From: a virus
Reading direction: 5' to 3' (one strand)
Length of the DNA stretch: 64,000 nucleotides
Virus record (IMG/VR): IMGVR_UViG_3300022562_001644
Span: 27,959-91,958 of that record
This document shows positions 27,595-36,932 of the stretch, piece by piece (position 1 is the first letter of the stretch; every line of letters begins with the position of its first letter). Below the pieces are notes generated by a model. The model ran no database searches, was not told the origin of the DNA, and worked only from the letters and a program-made list of their open reading frames with translations. The translations under genes and the position numbers were made by a program.

Positions 27595-28044
27595 ATGTCC
27601 ATAGGAACAATGAGAGAGCAATTCGCTGAAGCGTTTGACCGCCTAATGCATTGCCGGATCGTTCTCGAGAACCTCAAGAAAACAGCCGAAGATTGCCTGG
27701 AGCCAGCTCAGCCAATTCTCAAGCTCATCCATCTTGGTCGCCTGAAGGCTGACGGAGAGACCATGCGAGACATCGAAATCGGTGTGAAGCGGGTTGAATC
27801 CGACAAGCGGAATGCAATCAAGTGCATGGATGATGCCGAGAAGAAAGCTGATTCCTGCTCCAGCATCATCAGCCGGCTTGAGCTCTACTCGAGAACGCCA
27901 ACCAGCAATGAAGAAATACGAAGGTGGGAGGACAAGTTTCAGGAAGAACTCTGGTTTCTGAATGCCTCGATAGAGGAAGTTCAAGCGCTACGTGCGCAAA
28001 TCGAAGGGAGTGCAGCTTCCCTAGACAAATCGCTGCCCCTGTGA
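27595..28044 (+). CDS. coiled-coil hypothetical protein
   Basis: AAGGAG at 27581-27586 favours ATG 27595 as the start. Confidence 0.7.
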   Translation: MSIGTMREQFAEAFDRLMHCRIVLENLKKTAEDCLEPAQPILKLIHLGRLKADGETMRDIEIGVKRVESDKRNAIKCMDDAEKKADSCSSIISRLELYSRTPTSNEEIRRWEDKFQEELWFLNASIEEVQALRAQIEGSAASLDKSLPL

Positions 28045-28046
28045 GC

Positions 28047-28090
28047 CACAGCGGGGGGCCTCACGGTCCCCCGTTGCGGTTTTTTTTAGC
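28047..28090 (+). terminator. intrinsic terminator
   Basis: GCGGGGGGCC-TCAC-GGTCCCCCGT stem followed by T8-AGC. Confidence 0.85.
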
Positions 28091-28109
28091 TATCGGGTAG
28101 ACTGTGGGC

Positions 28110-28619
28110 ATGGATAACGTCCTCGAGGGGTTTGCCGATGAGCTTGTAAAGCTCGCTGGGAAGCGGAGTTCGTCGGCGGGCGCGGAGGACGAAGACCTTC
28201 TCGCTCTCTACCAAAGGGTGAAGAGCAGAAGTGACAAGGGCCTAAATGATAGCACTCTGAAAAAAATCAGAGGTAAGGGACGTCAAGTCAGTCGCGATTA
28301 CCTGGCGTCCACCCTGATTGGCTCTGTCGCAACCCCAGTTGCCCTCCTTGGAAGCAAGCGGATCTCGAGAGCCTTGCACAACCGAGAAGTCCTCAAGGCC
28401 ATGCAGGGTGTGAAGGGGAGGCGTCGAAAAGCCCTGGCTGGATACCTAGAGAGCGGCCCTATGCTTGGGAAGACGAAGGTTCCTGGGATGATGAAGGGCA
28501 AGAAGCCCATGATGACCCACGCCGAGCTAGCCGGTCACTCAATTCGCGGTGGAGCGATGGGTTCCATCATCCAGATGCTGCGAGACCGGTTCTCTGGCTC
28601 AGCTGGCATCGGCGAGTAG
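28110..28619 (+). CDS. tagged basic cargo protein (leaderless)
   Basis: MDNVLEGFADELVKLAG; TAGACT at 28098-28103 lies 6 nt before ATG 28110. Confidence 0.7.
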   Translation: MDNVLEGFADELVKLAGKRSSSAGAEDEDLLALYQRVKSRSDKGLNDSTLKKIRGKGRQVSRDYLASTLIGSVATPVALLGSKRISRALHNREVLKAMQGVKGRRRKALAGYLESGPMLGKTKVPGMMKGKKPMMTHAELAGHSIRGGAMGSIIQMLRDRFSGSAGIGE

Positions 28620-28727
28620 CTACCACCACTGGCCTACGAATAGGCCCAGTGTGAAGAACAGCGTAGAGAACACAAGCAGCCTCCAGTTCCTGCCAAGCCT
28701 CGTCAGGCCCTCCTGGGGAGTCTTCAT
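28620..28727 (-). CDS. 35-aa single-TM peptide
   Basis: ATGA overlap with the upstream stop; LLVFSTLFFTLGLFVG. Confidence 0.45.
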   Translation of the reverse strand: MKTPQEGLTRLGRNWRLLVFSTLFFTLGLFVGQWW

Positions 28728-28924
28728 GCCGGGCTCCAGTGCCCCATGAGTACACCCAGGGCGAAGGCTGTGACGAAGTACACCCAGCGCCTCTGGGTGA
28801 ACCAGGAGCGCAACACGGACGAGTAGGTGTTGTTCGCAACCCTGTCGACGGCTAGATAGATGTCGATTGCGATCAGTATGAAGATGACGCAGAGGACGAA
28901 TATCTTTGTTGCTGTCGGGCTCAT
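28724..28924 (-). CDS. small two-TM membrane protein
   Basis: Two hydrophobic helices; coupled by ATGA. Confidence 0.6.
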   Translation of the reverse strand: MSPTATKIFVLCVIFILIAIDIYLAVDRVANNTYSSVLRSWFTQRRWVYFVTAFALGVLMGHWSPA

Positions 28925-30036
28925 TCGTCTTCACTCAGGCAGTAGAAGGCCGCGGTGACGTACGAGCCGCCAAAAGCCGTTCCGTGCTCCAGATAGATGC
29001 GGACCTCCATGCCGGCCGCGCTGGACAACGGAAGAGCTGCTGCATAGTTCCATGGGAACACCGTGACCGGCTGGCTGGCCCCTCTCCAGTTGGATCCGAT
29101 GGATGGAATCGTTGGGTAGGCTCCGTTGCTTTCGTCGATGAACTGAGGAAGTGACTTGTAGACAGTCTTCCTGATCGGGATCAGGGTCCCTGACGGGTAG
29201 GGGCCAGGTGGGTCGGCGGTGTCCAAGAGCTGTGGGGCAAACACATCAACATAGCCATAGGTTTCAAACATGACCGTGTCATTCAGCTCCACGTCGGCAG
29301 AGAACTGGACTTCAGCGGCGTTGATGAGCAGACGCTTCCCTGCGTCTGGCTTGAGCAAAAAAGTGCTTCCGCTTTCGTACCAGTAGCTCGCGCGAACGCT
29401 GGCGCCAGGATCGATGACTGGACTGAAGGTGATCTTTCCAGTGGCATAGTTCAGAGTGTAATCGCCCACGCCTGTATGCGGATCGTTCTCCGTCTTGGAG
29501 GTCCACCCTCCACCCTCATCGATCTCCACCAGTACACTGTGAGTGGCCTCGAAGCCCTCCTCCTCCCAAAGCTTTCCATGTCTCACATCGATGATGTTTT
29601 GATGCGGCATGTCGTAGCTGGTCCCTGCGACATCCGCTGCACAGGCCTGCTCCGTAGCCTGCACTGAGTCATGAATCCACGTTGTCGGATCATTCCAGCG
29701 GTGAGATATCTTGGTCGTGCGAGAACCCTCTGTCGGCCATGGAGAAACCTTGAGAACCTTATCGGAGGTATACCGGGGACCAAAGTTCTCGCCGAACTGT
29801 GACTGGATAACGAACGCCAGGGCATCATCTTCGTCGACCGCCAGAGCGGCGCCAGGAAAAGATGATAGCCAATCAGCGTGGTCTGCTCCCCACACAACAG
29901 CCTTCACAGGAGTCTCTGCCGTTCCCGAGTAGGCGATGATTCGATCAGACTTGTTCCCCTGGGTGTACCAAGAAGGCCACATCGCAGAAGTGACAAGCGA
30001 CTTCCATGTTGCGTATGGGATGTTCAGAACTCTCAT
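28921..30036 (-). CDS. virion structural protein (putative)
   Basis: Beta-rich; YTLNYATGKITF motif. Confidence 0.6.
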   Translation of the reverse strand: MRVLNIPYATWKSLVTSAMWPSWYTQGNKSDRIIAYSGTAETPVKAVVWGADHADWLSSFPGAALAVDEDDALAFVIQSQFGENFGPRYTSDKVLKVSPWPTEGSRTTKISHRWNDPTTWIHDSVQATEQACAADVAGTSYDMPHQNIIDVRHGKLWEEEGFEATHSVLVEIDEGGGWTSKTENDPHTGVGDYTLNYATGKITFSPVIDPGASVRASYWYESGSTFLLKPDAGKRLLINAAEVQFSADVELNDTVMFETYGYVDVFAPQLLDTADPPGPYPSGTLIPIRKTVYKSLPQFIDESNGAYPTIPSIGSNWRGASQPVTVFPWNYAAALPLSSAAGMEVRIYLEHGTAFGGSYVTAAFYCLSEDE

Positions 30037-30770
30037 TATTCGAATGTCCCGTAGAAAGTTGCCGTCAGGTAGGTGACTCCGAGGGCTCCTAGACCAAGGT
30101 TATCTCTGATGGTCACCCGAACCTCATCAGAGGTCCCACCTTTGAGCAACGTTCTTCCGCCGAACTGGAATGCTGCCGCCAAAACTTGGTTTGCAGCGTT
30201 CCTGTCAACAAAAGGAGTACCACCGATCAGTCGAAGCCATCCTTCGTTAAGAAAGATTTCCGCGAGAGTAGTCGTCGACCCATTGTTGATGGTCGCATCA
30301 AACAAGATGCCGTTGGTTAGTCCGCTGCCTTTTCCGAAAGAAGAACCGTCGAACGATATTGTTCCGAGGACAGAAAATACGAATCTGATCTCGGAAACGA
30401 GGATGTCATTTACCGGGTCGGCAGGAAAGCTGAACACGACCGGTGTGACAGATCCGTTGACGATCATGTCGTGGGAGCCAGCCGGAGTCCCGTCGTCGGT
30501 CAAAAATTGTTGAACAATTAGATCTGGATCTGGCGTGGCCGGAACGACAGATATGGTTGCACCAGGCTTTATGTCTGCTTCGACCTGGAGTCTCTTGTGA
30601 GTGGCGTTGACTGGGTCCTGTATGGTTGTGACCTTGACCTCGGCTCCAGTCCCAGCCTGCTGCCCGACCAGCGTAGACCTGGTCTCGAGTCGTCGTATCG
30701 AGTTGTCGAGAACGACCGCCACAGCGTTGCCGGCTGCGTCATAGAGAATGGATACGGGTGAGTCGCTCAT
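30036..30770 (-). CDS. virion structural protein (putative)
   Basis: Beta-rich; MIVNGSVTPVVF; coupled ORF. Confidence 0.6.
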   Translation of the reverse strand: MSDSPVSILYDAAGNAVAVVLDNSIRRLETRSTLVGQQAGTGAEVKVTTIQDPVNATHKRLQVEADIKPGATISVVPATPDPDLIVQQFLTDDGTPAGSHDMIVNGSVTPVVFSFPADPVNDILVSEIRFVFSVLGTISFDGSSFGKGSGLTNGILFDATINNGSTTTLAEIFLNEGWLRLIGGTPFVDRNAANQVLAAAFQFGGRTLLKGGTSDEVRVTIRDNLGLGALGVTYLTATFYGTFE

Positions 30771-31240
30771 ACGATGGTTCTTGTTCGATCAGTCTCGAAT
30801 GGGCCGCTGTAGGAAATGGTATCCGTCACGGTGACTAGAACGGTTGTGCCATCGGTATCGTACATTTTCCACTGGATCGTAGTTGGAAATGCCGTCGTAT
30901 AGGTGATGGTCTTCTCGACAATCTTCTGGGCTTTACCGTTGTCGGTGTACCAGATGATGGATGTTGGGAATGGGTTGGCCGTTGGGAGAACTTCCTTGTA
31001 GGCCCCGGTGGCGAACCCTTCGGCAGGTCCGTTGTCGATGAAGTGAATCAGCGACCGCACGGGGTCGTGAATCTTCTTGTGGAGTAGGGCCTCCACACCG
31101 GACGAGAATCTGTAGCGGATGCTGTCGCCGAGTCGGCGCATTGCCCCTTGGACTATGGGGTCCCCGTCGACCGTGCGGTCCTCGAGCTGGAGCTCCTCTT
31201 CGACTGCCGGTCCCGGCGTTCTGTCTGGGGTGAGTCCCAT
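30767..31240 (-). CDS. virion protein (putative, leaderless)
   Basis: TAGACT 6 nt before the ATG; internal repeat FPTSIIW/FPTTIQW. Confidence 0.6.
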   Translation of the reverse strand: MGLTPDRTPGPAVEEELQLEDRTVDGDPIVQGAMRRLGDSIRYRFSSGVEALLHKKIHDPVRSLIHFIDNGPAEGFATGAYKEVLPTANPFPTSIIWYTDNGKAQKIVEKTITYTTAFPTTIQWKMYDTDGTTVLVTVTDTISYSGPFETDRTRTIV

Positions 31241-31249
31241 GGCCCCAGT

Positions 31250-31747
31250 CTAACCCTTGCCAGGGCTCGCAGAAGATCTCTTTGACTTCTTTCGCAAAGG
31301 CTTCTTGTGGCTAACCTTTGGTTTCGCAGCCTTGCTTCGCGCCTGCTCAGCAAGCCCGTCACGCTTCTTTGCGAACGCGCGATGCGCTTCCGCCTGCTTC
31401 ATGAAGTCGTCGGCCATGGTCTTTGCATGGTCAGATTGCCCCTCCACCAGGAGTTGTTGTCTCTGCTGATTTTTTGCATTCCTATCGCATTCAGCAGCAA
31501 GTCTCCTGATGAGCTTCTTCATTTCTCTGAGAAGGAGCTCGGCCTTTTCACCGCGAATCTCTGTACTGGCAGAGATCTCTTCCTCGACCGTTGCCGCATG
31601 GTTGAGTATCTGATCGGTCATCAGCCTGAAGGCATCGTAAGCACCTTTGTGCTCGATGGATTCGCGGTACTTCTTGAGGGCGATGGCCTTTTGCTTCTCC
31701 GCCTGGTCCTCAAGCACTGAAACGAGGGCTTCTGTCTTTTCGCTCAT
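31250..31747 (-). CDS. coiled-coil protein with basic tail
   Basis: ATG 31747 after AGGA; the longer ORF start would run through the terminator. Confidence 0.6.
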   Translation of the reverse strand: MSEKTEALVSVLEDQAEKQKAIALKKYRESIEHKGAYDAFRLMTDQILNHAATVEEEISASTEIRGEKAELLLREMKKLIRRLAAECDRNAKNQQRQQLLVEGQSDHAKTMADDFMKQAEAHRAFAKKRDGLAEQARSKAAKPKVSHKKPLRKKSKRSSASPGKG

Positions 31748-31765
31748 GTTTTTTGTTCCTGGTGT

Positions 31766-31800
31766 AAAAAAAACCGGGGACGCCACTGGACGCCCCCGGT
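31766..31800 (-). terminator. intrinsic terminator
   Basis: ACCGGGGGCG...CGTCCCCGGT followed by T8 on the - strand. Confidence 0.8.
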
Positions 31801-31819
31801 GGTTTATAGGGACAAGCTA

Positions 31820-33439
31820 CTACGGGATCTCAAGCCAGTCCACGATGTAGATGACGTCTCCAACCTTGATCTTCTTCTCGAACTTGAGCTGGCCGTTGGC
31901 CAGCGAAGTGCCTGGGTAGACGTCCTTGTCGTTTGCGCCAGTCGTGGAGGTGTCTTGCACCTGAATAGCGCCGTTCAGGTAGATATCAAGCTTTGTGCTG
32001 GAAAGGCCGAAGTCGTGGCCCGAAAGGTTGCCCAAATCTGTGTCGAGGTTGTTGTCGTTGGATGGGCCAGATACGTCGACGTCAGCGTTTGCATCTACCG
32101 TGCAGACGGCATACACGATCCGCCTGGTGGTTGAAGCCTTCGCCTCAATGAGCATCTGAATAAGAGACTTTTCTCCACCATAGATGGTCTCAAGGTTGCT
32201 CCACTCAAGTGTGGTCTCCGATAGCTTCAGGCCAAGAGTGGCCCAGGTGGAGCCTGTTCGGTTTCCGTCGTCGAGGTAGAGCTCGCCGGCGCCAAGCATG
32301 GTGAGGTCTGCGCCGCCACCGGAGGCTACGGTCAGCACACCGCCTGCGTCGATCTGGTTTGGTGTGACACCAACGTTAATCGTGGTCGCAATAGATCCAG
32401 TGTCAAACGATGCCCCATTGAGGAAATCGTTTACGGATGCGTTGTTATCAAAGATATCAACGTCCGCCCCGAATTCGATCTCACTGGTCCCCCCAGCACT
32501 TCCCTCGATGATGCGGAACAACGAGGCTTCAAGATTGTCGCGAATCGTCCACTCGACACCGGCGGCTTCCAGGTCAAGGAAGGAACTTGTGAGCACATCG
32601 ACAGGAGTGGTGCCCTGGTTTCCGTAGCCAGCCTGTCGCGTAACCAGTGCAGTTCCCGGAACATCGACAATCGCACCGGTCAGGAAGTCATACTCGTTGA
32701 GGTCCTGCTGTCTGACTCGCTCCCTGGTGCAGTAGTTGATAGTCCTGTTTTCGACGTCGGCGAATGGGACTGCTTCGAGGTCATCCCCGGTTGCGTTGAC
32801 GCGAACAAATGAGATCTGAACCCTGGTCGTTGTCGTATCCGTGATGGTGGCGCCATCCGTTAGACCAGACTCTCCTTGCAGCAATCCATAGACCTTGCGG
32901 TTATCTGACAGAATGTCATCGCGCGTATTCCCATCCACGATTTGCATCAGATTGAGCGGGCTGATTGCGTTTGCCCCAGGAATTTCAGACAGGGCGTGAG
33001 TCCCGAAGGTTCCGCCATGGGCTGCGACTACAGTGCCGAGCGTGGTCACGCCTCCAACGGCTGCAGTTGTGTTGGTTGGAAGCTCGCCAGTTCCGAGGAT
33101 TACAAAGTTGTTTCCTGCGCCAACAGTGACATCCACGAAGCTGCAGACGTCACGAAGGACGCGCTTCTTCTCAAGAGCATGGAGGGCCGCGTTGAGATCG
33201 TTGACGCCCCGCTGGCTACCCGTTTCGAGGGCCGATGGTGTAGCCAGATCCCCAAACCAGTTGCTTCCCCTGTTGTCCAAGAGCGTGTGGATCTGGGATC
33301 GCAGGCTGTTCAGATCGTCCAGCAGGGACACCGGGTTCGTTTCAAAATTCGCCTCAGACGGAGCAATGCTATCGTTGTAGAGGGAGACGGGAAACGTTCG
33401 TCGGATCTGTGTTTCTTGGTCGAGTAGTGAGATTGCCAT
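31820..33439 (-). CDS. fibre/decoration-like virion protein
   Basis: 539 aa, Thr/Gly/Asp-rich; extended -10 TG-A-TAGAAT at 33469-33477. Confidence 0.65.
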   Translation of the reverse strand: MAISLLDQETQIRRTFPVSLYNDSIAPSEANFETNPVSLLDDLNSLRSQIHTLLDNRGSNWFGDLATPSALETGSQRGVNDLNAALHALEKKRVLRDVCSFVDVTVGAGNNFVILGTGELPTNTTAAVGGVTTLGTVVAAHGGTFGTHALSEIPGANAISPLNLMQIVDGNTRDDILSDNRKVYGLLQGESGLTDGATITDTTTTRVQISFVRVNATGDDLEAVPFADVENRTINYCTRERVRQQDLNEYDFLTGAIVDVPGTALVTRQAGYGNQGTTPVDVLTSSFLDLEAAGVEWTIRDNLEASLFRIIEGSAGGTSEIEFGADVDIFDNNASVNDFLNGASFDTGSIATTINVGVTPNQIDAGGVLTVASGGGADLTMLGAGELYLDDGNRTGSTWATLGLKLSETTLEWSNLETIYGGEKSLIQMLIEAKASTTRRIVYAVCTVDANADVDVSGPSNDNNLDTDLGNLSGHDFGLSSTKLDIYLNGAIQVQDTSTTGANDKDVYPGTSLANGQLKFEKKIKVGDVIYIVDWLEIP

Positions 33440-33493
33440 GAGTGCCCTTGCCTATCGCGTTGCGGAAAATTCTATCACGCAGACTTTTTCAGA

Positions 33494-33865
33494 TCATTCG
33501 TCCCAGTCGATGAGCGTAATGATGTCGCCAACCTTGAGTTTCTTGCTGAATTTCAACTGGCCATTGATGAGGCTTGTCCCCGGATAGACGTCGCCAGAGC
33601 CTGGTCCAAACACTGCGACTTGCCTGGCTCCGTTCAAGAGAATGTCGTAAGCGGTTACAAAGGATGCTCCTGCAAGACTGCCTAGGTCGGCATCCAGGTT
33701 GTTGTCCCCCGAAGGACCCGACACGTTCGTATCGGCAGGAATTTGAGACGTCACGGTTGCATAGACAATTCTACGATCCAGCGGAGACGGTCCACCACCA
33801 GGTGGTGTGCCGCCGCCGCCGGTATCGCACAGCGAGCAAGATGCTTTGCCGTTACGAAAAGCCAT
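33494..33865 (-). CDS. paralogue of the C-terminal domain of 31820..33439
   Basis: RRIVYA..VSGPS.DNNLD.DLG..DVYPGTSL.NGQLKF.KK.KVGD is shared; TAATG-coupled start at 33865. Confidence 0.7.
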   Translation of the reverse strand: MAFRNGKASCSLCDTGGGGTPPGGGPSPLDRRIVYATVTSQIPADTNVSGPSGDNNLDADLGSLAGASFVTAYDILLNGARQVAVFGPGSGDVYPGTSLINGQLKFSKKLKVGDIITLIDWDE

Positions 33866-34260
33866 TAGACAGGTGATTGCAGGTGAACCCTGCAGATAAG
33901 CTTTGCTGAAGCGCCTGCAGTCCTGACTACCAGCGACTGCTTGGCTGTGATAATGAATGAGTCTGCGAGAGTTGTCAGGAAATCTGTCTCGTCCGTCCCG
34001 CAGAGAATGAGGAGCTCGTCCCCATCCTTGTCCCGCTTGTGGACCGTCCAGGCCGTCTGGCCGCCGAGCTTGAGCTCGATGCTGCGGACCCAAAGGGGCT
34101 GGTCGCAGTCATAGGGGTCGAAGTCGAATAGGCCTCCCGCCGGCCCTGGGGGCCATTCCTCGATGTTGTTGGCCCGGGTAAGACTCCCCGCCGGAATCGT
34201 GCCATCGAAGTCATTTCCAGCCGCGACAGTCTGCTGGAATGTGCGAATTCCGAGACCCAT
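33865..34260 (-). CDS. hypothetical virion protein
   Basis: 131-aa ORF after the terminase. Confidence 0.65.
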   Translation of the reverse strand: MGLGIRTFQQTVAAGNDFDGTIPAGSLTRANNIEEWPPGPAGGLFDFDPYDCDQPLWVRSIELKLGGQTAWTVHKRDKDGDELLILCGTDETDFLTTLADSFIITAKQSLVVRTAGASAKLICRVHLQSPV

Positions 34261-34263
34261 CGA

Positions 34264-36033
34264 CTAGAACTTCCCAATACTGATGTCTGCAGCGAGCTTG
34301 CAGTAGGCCAAGCTGTGCAGGGCATCGTCTGGTTGATCGATGGGGTGGTCGTACATCATCGTCCTGGTGCGCTCATTGTACTCCACGTACTCGGCCAAAA
34401 TGTCCTTGGCAAATGGCTCGAATGTTTCCCATTCGGGGAACAGGAAATTCTGCTGCTTGATGCTCTGGAAAAGGTTGGACAGGACCGCGTTCCTGTTGAT
34501 GATGAACTTGAAGGCGTCGGGATCCCACCGCTTTCTTTCTCCCAGCGAGGTCGAGTAGGCAAACTGCATGACTCCCTGGCGACCTCGAGCCTTAAACAGG
34601 CGGCTGTTCATTCCCCAACCATGCCCCCAGTCGGCGCCAATGACTTCGACATTCCAGTGACCGCAGATATGAAGAACGTCAGGGACGATGAATTCAGGGT
34701 CGATCTCCTTCCCGACATATCGTTTCATCAGGAAGGGCCAAAAAAGATCTGAGTTCAGGTAGCAGCCAAGCGTAAGCACGGTCCAGGAGGCAAATTTTTT
34801 CTTACCTCCAGCGACCTCACCTTCCTCACGCCCCTCACCCCAGTCGATGCCGGCGAAGAAACGGAAGTTCATTGTGCTATCTCGGGTATGAATGAACTTG
34901 CTGCTATCTCTTCCGGTGATTTTCTTGATTGGATAGCAGCACTGCTGGACATCCATCTTGGTAACTGGGGCAGATGCTGTGTCGTAGGAAAATCCAAGGA
35001 TCTCGTTTTGAAACTTCCCGTCCGGCCATTTTTCGTAAGGGAGAACAATCTCAGCTCGCCATGCCTCCTCCGACTGCTTCCACGGCACCATGAGCTGAGA
35101 GATGTGATAGCCGACGTAGTGCTCTCCCGGCGCAAGTGTTACCCATTGGCCGTCCATGGGATTGATTCGCTTGTCACAGTTCGCGCAAACTAAACCGTTC
35201 TTCCCAATGTTCTCCGGTCCAAGCAGGTTCCAAAAGCGCGGCTTCTTGCAGTCACATGGAACAAGCCATTCGTTCTGCGTTGACCACTGCCAGTACTCCT
35301 CAAGAGTATTGGCGAAGGTCAGGGGCGTCCCGCAGATGAACTCCATACCCTCCACGCCAGCCGAGAGGCGGGATGCCGAGAGAGACTGCGAGATGACCTT
35401 GATATTGTCCTTGAGGAGATCCTGGGCCTCGTCGAAGAATACGCGGCTGGCCGGAATGCCTCGAGCTCGAGCAGCAGTGAGAAAGGCGTAGCGCAGGAAC
35501 ATGTACGACCCATTCAAGATCGTTTTCTCGAAGACCTGGTCCGTTATCCCCTTTCCGATGAACGCACGCTTGACGAACGGAGAATCGTACAGGGTAGGGC
35601 GCAGTTTCTCGTTGGAATACTGTCTGGTCTGGAGTGCTGACGGAGAAACATAGAGGCTTCTCCAGTGCGGTCGAATCAGGGACTCGGTTACCTGCAGATT
35701 GCACACGGTCGTCGACTTAGCGACCTGGCGAGAGCACTTAAGGACTAGCCGCGGGTCTTCGTCGTTGTAGACCGGCAACATAAAGGCATGATTGTCTAGT
35801 CTGAGGGGTCTCCCAAGGTGATGAAGACAAGCCTGGGCAATGTCGCTTTTTCGACCCTTGAATCCGGGACGATCCGTGTCCGTGGTGATCTCAATAAGGC
35901 GAGGCTTCCAGTCGTAGAGTTCTTCATTCCAGTTGATGTCGGGAACAAGGTTTGGAAGTTCACCAGACTTGCCGGTGAAATCAAATGGGTCGCTGTCGAG
36001 CTCGTCAGGCTCATGTGCCAGTTCCTCCATCAT
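34264..36033 (-). CDS. terL: terminase large subunit
   Basis: Walker A KCSRQVAKST, Walker B VFFDEAQD, coupling motif CGTP, nuclease GIDWG and PDDALHS. Confidence 0.9.
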   Translation of the reverse strand: MMEELAHEPDELDSDPFDFTGKSGELPNLVPDINWNEELYDWKPRLIEITTDTDRPGFKGRKSDIAQACLHHLGRPLRLDNHAFMLPVYNDEDPRLVLKCSRQVAKSTTVCNLQVTESLIRPHWRSLYVSPSALQTRQYSNEKLRPTLYDSPFVKRAFIGKGITDQVFEKTILNGSYMFLRYAFLTAARARGIPASRVFFDEAQDLLKDNIKVISQSLSASRLSAGVEGMEFICGTPLTFANTLEEYWQWSTQNEWLVPCDCKKPRFWNLLGPENIGKNGLVCANCDKRINPMDGQWVTLAPGEHYVGYHISQLMVPWKQSEEAWRAEIVLPYEKWPDGKFQNEILGFSYDTASAPVTKMDVQQCCYPIKKITGRDSSKFIHTRDSTMNFRFFAGIDWGEGREEGEVAGGKKKFASWTVLTLGCYLNSDLFWPFLMKRYVGKEIDPEFIVPDVLHICGHWNVEVIGADWGHGWGMNSRLFKARGRQGVMQFAYSTSLGERKRWDPDAFKFIINRNAVLSNLFQSIKQQNFLFPEWETFEPFAKDILAEYVEYNERTRTMMYDHPIDQPDDALHSLAYCKLAADISIGKF

Positions 36034-36926
36034 CCATCCCCCTCCTCGCGCCTAGGCTTCCTGGGAGTAGCAACCTCTCCCTGGAGCTCAGCGAGTGTTG
36101 GGTGCGATGACTTGGAAATTTGGACGGAGAACAATCCAGCAAATCCTCCAGACGGGATCTCGTTATCGCTCTCACTGACCTTCGGCCTAATGTCGTGAAG
36201 CTGCTTTGCAGCCTTCAGGGCCATGTCAGCCCACATCCTGATGTCAGCACCTACGGGAATGGGCTGCTTCTTAGCTTTGTTGAACTGGATGATGGCGGTC
36301 GCCGCAATCTGGGAAGTGATTTGTTCAGGATCTAGGGTGACGCCAACCTCAACGAGATCTCGAATTTCTTCAGGTGTAAGGCCCTCAAGGCCAAGCGCAA
36401 TGCTGTGACGCTCGTGCTTGCTCCTGAGGCTGGGAATAAAGTCGTCCCATCCTCGTCGGCCCATATGTGAAACGTCCCAGAAGATTCTTTCGTAGACCTC
36501 GAGTGCCTTTTCATTGAACTCGATGTCGTACTTCTCTTGGAGAATCTCCTCTATCTCGTCTTTGGGAATGCCGGAAAGAAGAAGCAATCCCATTGTTCCC
36601 CTGGAATGGGGGTTCATGAACACGCGGAACGAGAGATCGATTTCCGGCGGAGGGGGGCCGCCGCCGAACTCCTTCTGCAGCTTCCAGAGTTCTCCAAACC
36701 CCTCGCCGTCGGCCCAGTCGAGAATTCCCTCTCTGCCCATGAGCTCATCGCCCTTTGAGCCCATGTAAGCGGCAAGCGCATACGGCGCCTCCTTGGAGAT
36801 CCTGGCTTGCTCTTTCGCAATCCAGAGGTCTCCGACAGGAGGCAATCCATAGCGCTCAAGCGCCTGGTTTACGTCAACCTTGCGCGATACAAAGAAGCGC
36901 AGTAGTCGGTCGTAGGGATAGCGCAC
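36030..36926 (-). CDS. hypothetical protein, terminase small subunit candidate
   Basis: Helical; directly upstream of terL and coupled to it. Confidence 0.45.
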   Translation of the reverse strand: MRYPYDRLLRFFVSRKVDVNQALERYGLPPVGDLWIAKEQARISKEAPYALAAYMGSKGDELMGREGILDWADGEGFGELWKLQKEFGGGPPPPEIDLSFRVFMNPHSRGTMGLLLLSGIPKDEIEEILQEKYDIEFNEKALEVYERIFWDVSHMGRRGWDDFIPSLRSKHERHSIALGLEGLTPEEIRDLVEVGVTLDPEQITSQIAATAIIQFNKAKKQPIPVGADIRMWADMALKAAKQLHDIRPKVSESDNEIPSGGFAGLFSVQISKSSHPTLAELQGEVATPRKPRREEGDG

Positions 36927-36932
36927 GAATCA

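Noticed and set aside
33866-34093. Long N-terminal extension of ORF 33494..34093
   Set aside because: Overlaps gene 33865..34260 out of frame; the TAATG-coupled start at 33865 is more plausible.
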